Assembly: GCF_000008625.1 (NCBI RefSeq)
Contig: NC_000918.1
Span: 120,001-152,000, forward strand
Source of the DNA: Aquifex aeolicus VF5
Lineage (GTDB): Bacteria > Aquificota > Aquificia > Aquificales > Aquificaceae
DNA: 32,000 nt
Direction of reading: 5' to 3'
Numbering within the stretch: position 1 is the first letter of the stretch; each line of letters starts with the position of its first letter. Positions 7,801 through 16,574 of this stretch are shown here, one piece after another. The position numbers and the translations under genes are program-made. The notes beneath the pieces were generated by a model. That model ran no database searches. It worked only from the letters and a program-made list of their open reading frames with translations, and was not told where the DNA came from.

Positions 7801-7829
7801 TACTGAAACCCGAGAGTATAAGCAAGTAA
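4821..7829 (+). CDS. nirB: Assimilatory NAD(P)H nitrite reductase: a NirB-type flavoprotein and BFD [2Fe-2S] module fused to a full two-lobed sirohaem/[4Fe-4S] nitrite/sulfite reductase module
   Basis: 1002 aa. The N-terminus VVIVGNGIAGTA and a second Rossmann motif VVIGGGLLGIE mark the flavoprotein. CNCNAVTKGEI...SCGSC is the BFD-like 2Fe-2S motif. DVRLKWYGIFY, CAGSDTCSFG and SACAKGCGQHG are NiR/SiR hemoprotein motifs. Confidence 0.85.
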   Translation: MKVVIVGNGIAGTALVEEILRLSSGKDIRIQVFGDEKFIGYNRVLITEVLAGRKTLSEIYIKRWQWYEEKGVRLEIGKKVERLFPNKKILVTKDGEFYRYDKAIIATGSKPFIPPSIKGVNKKGVFTYRTAKDVFEILDYARVSKRAVVIGGGLLGIEVTKALRDIGLEVFLVHILDTLMEQQLDKTASELLRKDLEDMGIKVLLKKVTEEILGEKKAEGVRFSDGDELLADFVIIATGIRPNVEVGVNSGLKVNKGIVVNDYLETSASDIYAVGECIEHRGKTYGLVAPIMEQVKVCAHNVVHGNEKKYTGSLTYAMLKVAGVNLFSAGEINEKDGDEVVAFLDNGRSLYRKAVIRNNKIVGTILYGDVRGNNYLLDLIKSGKDISEERPYFLIKHILPKGTTGVEELKDNDIVCNCNAVTKGEIVKCIKEGCKTLEEIQERTKASTSCGSCIELVEEILKHYVKEKPKRVNKIEVIKKELHPFDLEFKKRLEKYFSEGELENIPEEDRDVRLKWYGIFYRKATPGYFMVRIRVPNGRLSYEQAKVVSHISEKFCRGEVEITSRQQLQIRWIKLKDLPEILEALNRVGLSTLQTGMDNVRNVTGDPLTGLAEDSLIDTLRLSQEITNIFLGKKKYADLPRKLNVAVLGSQTDCINALFNDVCFYLSEKDGKLGFNLYLGGKIGSGGPKKAIDMDMFVEPYEVPEVFKATLDIYSTFGNRENRSKNRLYFLLQEWGVERFREELEKRLYKAIPSKGKDLVNKTGEREGIINLRNGTYAVCVVVPAGKIKAKDFRQIAELARKYGSRELRLSVYQNIYIPNIPEENLNPLLGEEIFEKFSTVSSPFTMHLIACAGSDTCSFGVIPNKSDAVRVAKYLSERLKLDIPVRMHWSACAKGCGQHGSGDIGFVGTKTKLNGKAVLAVDVFVGGSPTKEGFKVIQGLPLDKVEEASYLLLNYYLENRLEGESFADFAHRVGVDKLKVVLTSLLQEGECKLLKPESISK

Positions 7830-7844
7830 AGGAGGAAGTGGAGT

Positions 7845-8579
7845 ATGGGAAAGGTTTACCTCATAGGAGCCGGTCCTGGAGACCCTGAGCTTCTGACACT
7901 TAAAGCTTATCGTATTCTCAGGAAAGCTGACGTAGTTCTATACGATGCCTTGGTAAACAGGGAAATACTTCACTTTGCCAGACAAGACAGCCTTAAGATA
8001 TACGTGGGCAAGAGAGACGGAAAACACTCCTTGCCTCAGGAGGAGATAAATGAACTTCTTCACAGGTTTGCACTTAGCTACAAAATTGTAGTTAGACTTA
8101 AAGGCGGTGACCCTTTTGTGTTCGGAAGGGGCGGAGAAGAACTCCTTTACCTAAAAAGCAGGGGTGTGGAAGTGGAAATAGTACCGGGTATAACTTCGGC
8201 GATTTCTGCACCCTCCTCCGCTTTCATTCCCGTAACACATAGGGGAATAGCCTCGTCGTTTGCGGTTGTTACAGGCCACCCCAACAGAGAAATAAAATGG
8301 GAGGATTTAGTGAATATAGATACACTCGTTGTTCTTATGGGTGTTAAGAACAGAGAAAAGATAGCGAGAGAACTTATAGGAGCAGGACGAAACCCGGACG
8401 AACCCGTTGCCTTTATAGAGAAGGCTACAACTCCGGAGCAGAGGGAAGTTTTCAGCACATTGAAAGAAGTTGCTCAAAACCCGCCGGAGGTAAACCCGCC
8501 CGCTGTAATGGTTGTAGGAAAGGTCGTAGAAATAGGAGCAAAAGTCCTATGTGAACGTATAATCGGCGTTACACTTTAA
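7845..8579 (+). CDS. cobA: Uroporphyrinogen-III C-methyltransferase (SUMT; sirohaem synthesis)
   Basis: 244 aa with VYLIGAGPGDPELLTLKA, VVRLKGGDPFVFGRGGEE and VPGITSA. It sits immediately downstream of the sirohaem-dependent nirB. Confidence 0.85.
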   Translation: MGKVYLIGAGPGDPELLTLKAYRILRKADVVLYDALVNREILHFARQDSLKIYVGKRDGKHSLPQEEINELLHRFALSYKIVVRLKGGDPFVFGRGGEELLYLKSRGVEVEIVPGITSAISAPSSAFIPVTHRGIASSFAVVTGHPNREIKWEDLVNIDTLVVLMGVKNREKIARELIGAGRNPDEPVAFIEKATTPEQREVFSTLKEVAQNPPEVNPPAVMVVGKVVEIGAKVLCERIIGVTL

Positions 8580-8583
8580 AGGA

Positions 8584-9513
8584 ATGGACATTTTAGAAAG
8601 AACTTTCAAAAAATTAACGAGACTTAAGGATAACCTTCAGGACCTTTCTCAGGAAGAAGCCTATGAAGTATTTAGGGCTATACTTGAAGGTAAACTCTCA
8701 GATATAAAGACAACTGCCTTCCTGACAGCCATGAGGATAAAGGGGGAAACTTCTGAGGAACTCCTCGGTGTAATTAAGGCAATTAAAGAGAGAATGAATT
8801 TTCCGCAGAAGAAAGAGGACGCCTTAGACCTCGGTCTGAACTATGACGGGAAGAACAGGACCATTTATATCCTTCCCTCTGCCCTGTGGCTCTGTTCAAG
8901 ACTCGGTGTAGAGTTCACAAACCACTACGCTCTTGGAGCTCCAACGAAAGAAGGTGTTACCCTCTACGAAGTAGTTAAGGAACTTGGTGTAGATATGAAC
9001 GTATCCTTTGTAGACCAAAAGAATTACGCACCGGAGCTATACAAACTCATGCCTCTGAGAAGAGAACTCGGTTTCAGGAGCTTGATAAACACGGTAGAAA
9101 AGTTTCTAAATCCCTTTCAGACTAAAAAGATTGTCGTTTCTATCTTTCACAAGCCGTACTTTGATAAGAACGCAGAGCTTCTTGAGCTCCTCGGGATTGA
9201 AGACTACACAATTATCAAGGGGCTTGAGGGCGGGATTGAGCCTCTCCCTGATAGACCCACGCTCGTAAAGAAGAGAGGGAAGGACATAGAAAGTATAGAA
9301 CCTAAATCCCTCGGTCTTGAAATGCCCAAGGATGTTCATTCTGAAAACGTCCTGAGGGATTCGCTTGAGATAAACAGAAAGATAATTGATGGTAGAGAGA
9401 GGGGAGAGTTCTTCAACTGGGCGCTTTACACGGCGGGGGTATTGCTCTACGCGGCAGGGGAGTGCGAAAGTGTGGAAGAGGGGGTAGGAAGGGTAGAGAA
9501 AGAATCCACCTGA
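8584..9513 (+). CDS. Anthranilate phosphoribosyltransferase-like (glycosyltransferase family 3) protein with degenerate catalytic motifs
   Basis: 309 aa. The N-terminal helical domain, LSQEEAYEVFRAILEGKLSDIKTTAFLTAMRIKGETSEEL, is typical of TrpD. However, GTGGDG is replaced by GLNYDG and KHGNR by NHYAL. Confidence 0.65.
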   Translation: MDILERTFKKLTRLKDNLQDLSQEEAYEVFRAILEGKLSDIKTTAFLTAMRIKGETSEELLGVIKAIKERMNFPQKKEDALDLGLNYDGKNRTIYILPSALWLCSRLGVEFTNHYALGAPTKEGVTLYEVVKELGVDMNVSFVDQKNYAPELYKLMPLRRELGFRSLINTVEKFLNPFQTKKIVVSIFHKPYFDKNAELLELLGIEDYTIIKGLEGGIEPLPDRPTLVKKRGKDIESIEPKSLGLEMPKDVHSENVLRDSLEINRKIIDGRERGEFFNWALYTAGVLLYAAGECESVEEGVGRVEKEST

Positions 9514-9521
9514 AACAAAAA

Positions 9522-9531
9522 TGTAGCTACA
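9522..9531. promoter_or_regulatory. Palindrome TGTAGCTACA; a second palindrome CTGTTAAAACAG lies at 9579-9590. Both are upstream of the globin-operon sigma-54 promoter and are candidate EBP or architectural-protein sites
   Basis: Read directly. It shares the TGTA...TACAAAA frame with the nirB upstream palindrome. Confidence 0.3.
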
Positions 9532-9603
9532 AAATTGTACGCAAAGCGTCTCCACAATCAGAGAAAAGTTTCCAAGAACTGTTAAAACAGAACGGGGAGA
9601 ATT

Positions 9604-9619
9604 TGGCACGCTTTTTGCA
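9604..9619 (+). promoter_or_regulatory. Sigma-54 (-24/-12) promoter of the globin-cynS-PII-porter-narB operon
   Basis: TGGCACGCTTTTTGCA is an exact match to TGGCAC-N5-TTGCW. It ends 27 nt upstream of the ATG at 9647. Confidence 0.8.
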
Positions 9620-9646
9620 ATTAGTTTGAGTGAAGGAGGTGAAAAG

Positions 9647-10066
9647 ATGTTGTCCGAGGAGACTATCAGGGTCATTAAGTCAACTGTCCCTCTTCTGAAA
9701 GAGCATGGTACGGAGATAACTGCTAGGATGTACGAATTGCTGTTTTCAAAGTATCCTAAAACTAAGGAGTTATTTGCAGGGGCTTCGGAGGAACAACCAA
9801 AGAAGCTTGCAAACGCCATAATAGCCTACGCTACCTACATTGATAGGCTAGAGGAGCTTGATAACGCTATCTCAACGATAGCCAGGAGTCATGTGCGAAG
9901 AAATGTAAAGCCGGAACATTATCCGCTGGTTAAAGAATGTCTCTTACAGGCAATTGAAGAGGTTTTAAATCCTGGGGAGGAAGTTCTCAAAGCATGGGAA
10001 GAGGCGTACGATTTTCTTGCTAAAACGCTTATAACCCTAGAGAAAAAACTTTATAGCCAGCCTTAG
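9647..10066 (+). CDS. Single-domain bacterial haemoglobin (Vitreoscilla Hb / flavohaemoglobin globin-domain type; thermoglobin-like)
   Basis: 139 aa counted from the ATG at 9647, with SD GGAGGTG 5 nt upstream. Tyr-B10 lies in ITARMYELLF, Gln-E7 in EEQPKKLANAI and the proximal His in IARSHVRRNVKPEHYPLV. The TTG start at 9626 in the ORF track is less likely, because the SD would then fall inside the ORF. Confidence 0.85.
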   Translation: MLSEETIRVIKSTVPLLKEHGTEITARMYELLFSKYPKTKELFAGASEEQPKKLANAIIAYATYIDRLEELDNAISTIARSHVRRNVKPEHYPLVKECLLQAIEEVLNPGEEVLKAWEEAYDFLAKTLITLEKKLYSQP

Positions 10067-10078
10067 GGAGGTCTAATT

Positions 10079-10528
10079 ATGAGGAGCGATATAGGAAGGC
10101 TCTCTAAGTACTTAATTGAAAGGAAAAAGAATCTTGGTCTTACGTGGGAAGATGTAAGCAGAAAGCTTGGGAAAAGCCCCGTTTATTGTGCAATGCTCTT
10201 CTATGGATACGCTCAGGCCGACGATGAAGAGGTTAAAGCTGTAGCTGAGCTTTTGAATCTGGAAGAGAAGGAGCTCGCGGAGCTGAAAGATGCCCCATAC
10301 AGAGAACCTCAGCAACCCGTCCCGCCTACGGATCCCTTCGTTTACAGGCTCTATGAAGTTGTTATTCTCTACGGACCGGCTTTAAAAGATGTAGCCCACG
10401 AAATGTTCGGGGACGGGATAATGAGTGCTATAGATATGAGCGTTGAGCTTGAAAAAGTTGAGCAGGAGGGGGCTGAGCGTATGGTTTTAACCTTTAATGG
10501 CAAATGGCTGAAGTACAGGAAGTTTTAA
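10079..10528 (+). CDS. cynS: Cyanate hydratase (cyanase)
   Basis: 149 aa with SD GGGAGGT. The sequence LGLTWEDVSRKLGKSPVYCAMLFYG...DPFVYRLYEVVILYGPALKDVAHEMFGDGIMSAIDM...FNGKWLKYRKF is a full-length cyanase pattern. Confidence 0.9.
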   Translation: MRSDIGRLSKYLIERKKNLGLTWEDVSRKLGKSPVYCAMLFYGYAQADDEEVKAVAELLNLEEKELAELKDAPYREPQQPVPPTDPFVYRLYEVVILYGPALKDVAHEMFGDGIMSAIDMSVELEKVEQEGAERMVLTFNGKWLKYRKF

Positions 10529-10543
10529 AGGGAGGATTTAGAA

Positions 10544-11161
10544 ATGGAAGAGCTCTTGGCAATTGTCAGGAAGGAAAAGTCTTACGATGTGATGAAATCC
10601 TTATCTGAGGCTGAGATACCTTACGTTTCCTGGACTGTGAAGGGGAGGGGGAAGGAGGGGGGACTCAGATATAAAGGTCTTATTAAAGAAAAGGTCCTCA
10701 TGCCTTTCCTGCCAAAAAGGGCTTTCTTGGTCTTTCCCGAGGAGGGCAAAGTAAATGAGGCTGTGAACCTTATCGTTGAAAGTGCTCACACGGGTGCTTA
10801 CGGAGATGGGAAGGTCTTTTTGATAAACCAGGAGGTAGGCGTTATGAAACTTGTAAAGGCTGTTATAAGACCTGAGAAAGTCTACGAAGTAATTAAGGCT
10901 CTCGAGAGCGAAGGATTTAAAGCTATGACCATGTGGGATGTGGTAGGAAGAGGAAAGGAGGGGGGGATCTTGGTGGGAGGGACTCCTTACGACGAGCTCG
11001 CTAAGACGCTCATCATGGTCGCGGTAAAGGATGAGGACGTTGACAAGGTTATACAGAGCATAACGAAAGCTGCGCACACGGGTGCTTACGGAGATGGGAA
11101 GGTGTTCGTTTGCAGCATTTCAAAAGTTTGGACCATAAGGACTAAGGAGGAGGAGCTATGA
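10544..11161 (+). CDS. glnB: Tandem-domain PII (GlnB/GlnK-like) signal-transduction protein: two PII domains in one polypeptide
   Basis: 205 aa. Each half carries RGKEGG (T-loop base) and HTGAYGDGKVF (the PII TG..GDGKIF motif). An internal SD GGAGGT (10831-10836) lies 7 nt upstream of the in-frame ATG at 10844 that opens domain 2. The stop overlaps the porter start (ATGA). Confidence 0.8.
   Translation: MEELLAIVRKEKSYDVMKSLSEAEIPYVSWTVKGRGKEGGLRYKGLIKEKVLMPFLPKRAFLVFPEEGKVNEAVNLIVESAHTGAYGDGKVFLINQEVGVMKLVKAVIRPEKVYEVIKALESEGFKAMTMWDVVGRGKEGGILVGGTPYDELAKTLIMVAVKDEDVDKVIQSITKAAHTGAYGDGKVFVCSISKVWTIRTKEEEL
10787..10815 (+). repeat. Copy 1 of a 29-nt perfect direct repeat inside the tandem PII gene
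   Basis: CACACGGGTGCTTACGGAGATGGGAAGGT is identical to 11075-11103 and encodes HTGAYGDGKV in both domains. Confidence 0.9.
11075..11103 (+). repeat. Copy 2 of the 29-nt perfect direct repeat inside the tandem PII gene
   Basis: Identical to 10787-10815. The copies are offset by 288 nt (96 codons). Confidence 0.9.
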
Positions 11162-12585
11162 ATTTCCTGAAGGAGATAATTGAAGCAATTAAGAAGGGAA
11201 ATCCAAAAGCTCTGTTTGCCAGTTTTATATACTTTGACCATTCATTCAGTATATGGCTACTCTTAGGAGCTCTTGGACCTTTTATAGCTGAGTCCTTCGG
11301 ACTCTCAGGAGCCCAAAAAGGTTTTATGGTTGCAATTCCCGTAATAGCCGCAGCCATATTCAGACTCAACTTCGGACATATGTTCCAGTATATAGACGGG
11401 AAGTACATAGCGATAATGGGCATAATCCTTTCCTCTATCCCTCACCTTTACATGATACTCAGCGGATATCGTGTAACCTACGATGACCTTCTCTGGATGG
11501 GGGTTTTTCTCGGTATCGCAGGAGCAAGCTTTGCGATAGCCCTCCCTATGGCGGGAAGTAACTACCCGAAAGAGGTTCAAGGACTCGTACTTGGACTTGC
11601 CGCGGCGGGAAACATAGGAGCTGTTTTAGACGGTATACTCTTTCCTCCTATTGCAAGGTCCATCGGTTGGGAAAATACCTTCGTTCTTTCGGGAATACTC
11701 CTTCTTATAGCCCTGTTTTTTGTCGTTATCTGGGCGCGGGACCTTACCAAGAAGAACGAAGGGAATAGGTTTTATCCCGTATTTGCATTCTTTGCCACTA
11801 TAGCTTTTATGGTAATACTGGCTCTCGGTTTTCAAAAGGGATGGTTCGGTATAACCGGAAACGCTGGAAAACTCCTCATACCGGTACTTGGTTCTGTATT
11901 TGCTATACTCCTTATGCCTCTTGCCTTTAAAAAGGTGTTCCTGGAAAGGGACACGTGGGTACTTATGCTCGCTTACTCCATAACTTTCGGCGGTTTTGTA
12001 GGAATGTCCTCGTACGTGGCTATGCTCCTTAGGGACATATACGGTATATCCAAAGTGGAGGCAGGAGCTCTTATGTCCCTTTTTGCCTTTACGGGTGCGA
12101 TGATAAGACCTCTGGGGGGACATATCGCGGATAAAATAAGCGGAGCTACAGCACTTCTCTTTTTCCTCGCGGGCATAGCGGGAGTTAACTTCATATTTTC
12201 CCTCGTAACACCGCCTCTGGCGGTAGGTATAGTTTTATTCCTTGCACTCTACTCCTTCTATGGACTTGGAAACGGTGCTGTATTTCAGCTCGTTCCTCAC
12301 AGGTGGCCATATCAAACTGGACTTATGACGGGAATAATCGGAGCTGCCGGAGGTATCGGTGGTTTTTACCTGCCCGTTGTAAACGGAATAGTCTTTGAGT
12401 CCACGGGAGCTTACAACCTGGCGTTTGCACTCTTCGGAGGAATAGCCCTGCTGTGTCTCCTTATAGTTAAGCTTCTTCATGCTCGCTGGATGGAATGGGC
12501 CTACGTTCGCTACGACTACGAAAAAGAAACGTTGGTTGGTATTGATCCTAAGAGTGGAAGGGTAATTATGGAGTTGGCAAGATGA
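11158..12585 (+). CDS. narK: MFS nitrate/nitrite porter (NNP family, NarK/NasA/NrtP type)
   Basis: 475 aa and highly hydrophobic, with about 12 predicted TM segments. It has glycine-rich NNP-like motifs (AGAAGGIGGFYLP, GLGNGAVFQLVP). ATGA overlaps occur at both ends. Confidence 0.8.
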   Translation: MNFLKEIIEAIKKGNPKALFASFIYFDHSFSIWLLLGALGPFIAESFGLSGAQKGFMVAIPVIAAAIFRLNFGHMFQYIDGKYIAIMGIILSSIPHLYMILSGYRVTYDDLLWMGVFLGIAGASFAIALPMAGSNYPKEVQGLVLGLAAAGNIGAVLDGILFPPIARSIGWENTFVLSGILLLIALFFVVIWARDLTKKNEGNRFYPVFAFFATIAFMVILALGFQKGWFGITGNAGKLLIPVLGSVFAILLMPLAFKKVFLERDTWVLMLAYSITFGGFVGMSSYVAMLLRDIYGISKVEAGALMSLFAFTGAMIRPLGGHIADKISGATALLFFLAGIAGVNFIFSLVTPPLAVGIVLFLALYSFYGLGNGAVFQLVPHRWPYQTGLMTGIIGAAGGIGGFYLPVVNGIVFESTGAYNLAFALFGGIALLCLLIVKLLHARWMEWAYVRYDYEKETLVGIDPKSGRVIMELAR

Positions 12586-14582
12586 AGAGGTTTCAATGTC
12601 CTTACTGCGGTGTAGGATGCGGTCTTTACATAAACGAGAAGGGTAAGGTGAAAGGGGATTTTGAACATCCCGCTAATCTCGGGGACATCTGTAAGAAGCC
12701 CTTGTATTTACCGAAGGTACTGAATAGGGGAAGGATAGCGAAGCCCATGTACAGGGAAAATAAGAGTCACAGCTTCAGGGAAATAAGTTGGGAGGAAGCT
12801 TACGAGATACTAAAAGAGAAGCTCATCTCCTTTTCTCCCGACGAAACTTACTTTTATCTTTCGGGACAACTTTTAACGGAGGATATATACGTAGCAAACA
12901 AGTTCGTTAAAGGTTTTCTCAGAACCAATAACGTTGACGCAAACTCAAGACTTTGTATGGCTTCTGCAGTTACCGCTTACAAACTCGCTTTTGGTTCCGA
13001 CGGTGTTCCCTGTACGTACGAGGACGTGGACGATGCGGATGCCTTCCTTTTTATAGGTTCTAACGCTGCCGTAGCTCATCCTGTTCTTTTTAAAAGGGTT
13101 CTGAAGAGGAGGAAGGAAGAAGAAAAAGTAATTATAGTAACCGTAGATCCGCTGGAAACGGAAACCGCCAAAAGGAGCGATGTTTTCATTCAAATAAAAG
13201 CTGGAACGGATACGGTTTTCCTCAACTCCGTTTTATACGTTCTGCATAAGGAGGGGTGGATAGATTACCGCTTTATTTACAACTACACGGAGGGATTTGA
13301 AGAGGCTCTGGAAGTTGCCATGAAATTCCCTCCAGATGTGGCCGCCAGCATTTGTAGCGTCAAACCGGAAGACGTATACCTCGTAGCGGAGCTCTTTGCC
13401 CACAGTAAAAAACTTATCTCCTTCTGGTGTCAAGGGTTAAATCAGTCCTTAAATGGGACTATGAAAAATCTGGCTTTGATAAACCTCCACTTGGCCACCG
13501 GAAGGCTCAACGAAAAGGGATGTCCCTTTTCCTTAACCGGTCAACCGAACGCCATGGGAGGTAGAGAAGTAGGTTATCTCACAAACGGTCTTCCCGGATA
13601 CAGAGATGTCAGGAATAAGGCGGACAGAGCATTTATGGAGAAATTCTGGGGCGTTAAAGGTATAAAGAAAGAGCCGGGACCCACAATTACGGAAGCGATA
13701 GACATGATTCTAAAAGACAGAATAAAGTTTCTCTGGGTGGTATGCACAAATCCCGCGGTGTCTTTACCCAACTTAGAAAAAGTTAAAAGGGCTCTTGAGA
13801 AGGTTTTCTTAGTAGTTCAGGACGCTTACTGGAATGACACCTGCGAGTTTGCAAATTTAATACTGCCCGCCGCACAACTGGGAGAAAAAGAAGGAGTTAT
13901 GACTGGTTCCGATAGAACTGTTACATTTTGTGAGCGTTTTTCCGAGCCTTTTGGTGAATCAAAGCCAGACTGGCTCATATTTACTGAGCTTGCAAGAAAG
14001 ATGGGAGCCGAAGAGCTTTTCCCTTACTCTTCTCCAAAGGAAATATTTGAGGAATTTAAAGCCTCAACCAAGGGGAGATTGTGCGACATGAGTAATTTAT
14101 CCTACGAAAACCTTCCCGCAAGGTGGGGCAAAAGATGGCTCTATGAAGACCTAAAATTCCCAACGGAAAGCGGAAAAGCAAGATTTCACCCCGCACGGGT
14201 AGATGTGGCAGCTGAAGAAGGGATGTTTATACTTCTGACGGGAAGATTAAAGAACAACTGGCACACTATGACGAGAACTGGAAAGAGCCCGGAACTGTTG
14301 AAAGGTGAAATTCCACCTTTTGTGATAATGAATCCCAGAGACGCGGAGGAACTGGGAATAGAGGAAGGAGAGGAAGTGATACTGAGTGCAAAGGGAAAAG
14401 AAATAACCAGAGTTGTCAGGTTCGGAAACGTAAAAAGAGGACACATATTCGCACCTTTCGGTTATCCTTCCGAATACGGAGAGCCTACTAATTTGTTAAC
14501 GTCCGACAGAACGGATCCTTACTCAAAGGAGCCGGATCTTAAGTACTCAGGGGTAGATGTGTTTGTAAAAGTAAATAGGTGA
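12582..14582 (+). CDS. narB: Assimilatory nitrate reductase catalytic subunit (molybdopterin oxidoreductase, NarB/NasA type)
   Basis: 666 aa. The N-terminal [4Fe-4S] motif is CPYCGVGCG...C. The body is MGD-enzyme-like (GSNAAVAHPV, LTGQPNAMGGREVG, VVCTNPAVSLPN). It has no signal peptide. Confidence 0.85.
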   Translation: MKRFQCPYCGVGCGLYINEKGKVKGDFEHPANLGDICKKPLYLPKVLNRGRIAKPMYRENKSHSFREISWEEAYEILKEKLISFSPDETYFYLSGQLLTEDIYVANKFVKGFLRTNNVDANSRLCMASAVTAYKLAFGSDGVPCTYEDVDDADAFLFIGSNAAVAHPVLFKRVLKRRKEEEKVIIVTVDPLETETAKRSDVFIQIKAGTDTVFLNSVLYVLHKEGWIDYRFIYNYTEGFEEALEVAMKFPPDVAASICSVKPEDVYLVAELFAHSKKLISFWCQGLNQSLNGTMKNLALINLHLATGRLNEKGCPFSLTGQPNAMGGREVGYLTNGLPGYRDVRNKADRAFMEKFWGVKGIKKEPGPTITEAIDMILKDRIKFLWVVCTNPAVSLPNLEKVKRALEKVFLVVQDAYWNDTCEFANLILPAAQLGEKEGVMTGSDRTVTFCERFSEPFGESKPDWLIFTELARKMGAEELFPYSSPKEIFEEFKASTKGRLCDMSNLSYENLPARWGKRWLYEDLKFPTESGKARFHPARVDVAAEEGMFILLTGRLKNNWHTMTRTGKSPELLKGEIPPFVIMNPRDAEELGIEEGEEVILSAKGKEITRVVRFGNVKRGHIFAPFGYPSEYGEPTNLLTSDRTDPYSKEPDLKYSGVDVFVKVNR

Positions 14583-14584
14583 AT

Positions 14585-16105
<1,521 letters not shown>

Positions 16106-16121
16106 CTAATAAAAAATTTAA

Positions 16122-16574
16122 TTACTTGGTTCCCGTGCTCCCAAATCCTCCCTCTCCCCTTTGGGTTTGACTCACTTCCTCCACCTCCACGACTTCCACC
16201 CTCTGAACTGGTGCGATAACGAGCTGGGCTATCCTCTCCCCTCTCTCTATCACCACCTCTTCATTTCCCAAGTTTACAAGTATCACCTTTACCTCCCCCC
16301 TGTAGTCCGCGTCTATAGTTCCCGGAGCGTTTAAAACTGTAAGTCCCTTTTTCCAGGCCAGACCACTCCTTGGCCTCACCTGTCCCTCATAACCTTCGGG
16401 GATTTCCAATATTAAACCCGTGGGTATCAATACCCTTTCAAAGGGCTTTATTTTTAGGGGTTTTTCAATTGCAGCCCTCAGGTCGAGTCCCGAAGAGTGG
16501 GGAGTTGCGTACGAAGGAAGAGGTAGGTCTTGAGCGTGGGGAAGGCGTTTTATTTTGAGTATTACTTTAGACAT
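16122..16574 (-). CDS. dut: dUTP pyrophosphatase
   Basis: 150 aa with [24 protein letters not shown] and a C-terminal [10 protein letters not shown]. The start overlaps the end of pnp by 8 nt. Confidence 0.92.
   Translation of the reverse strand: MSKVILKIKRLPHAQDLPLPSYATPHSSGLDLRAAIEKPLKIKPFERVLIPTGLILEIPEGYEGQVRPRSGLAWKKGLTVLNAPGTIDADYRGEVKVILVNLGNEEVVIERGERIAQLVIAPVQRVEVVEVEEVSQTQRGEGGFGSTGTK

Noticed and set aside
9522-9531. TGTAGCTACA just after the trpD-like stop as an intrinsic terminator
   Set aside because: It could form only a 4-bp stem with a 2-nt loop and has no U-tract, so it is too weak for a terminator. It is better treated as a protein-binding palindrome.
9626-9646. TTG start for the globin (7 extra codons, MSEGGEK)
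   Set aside because: The GGAGGTG it would encode is better explained as the SD for the ATG at 9647. Globins of this class begin close to MLS..T.
9106-9819. 237-aa minus-strand ORF spanning the trpD-like 3' end, the intergenic region and the globin 5' end
   Set aside because: It crosses a sigma-54 promoter and two well-supported genes on the other strand. It has low-complexity, atypical composition and no recognisable motifs.
10601-11077. 158-aa antisense ORF inside the tandem PII gene. The same judgement applies to 11626-12123, 16580-17020, 4288-4668, 15462-15827 and 17245-17973
   Set aside because: All are antisense to genes with clear family signatures. They lack SDs and recognisable domains, and they have Ser/Pro/Leu/Phe-rich composition typical of the reverse frame of K/E-rich genes.
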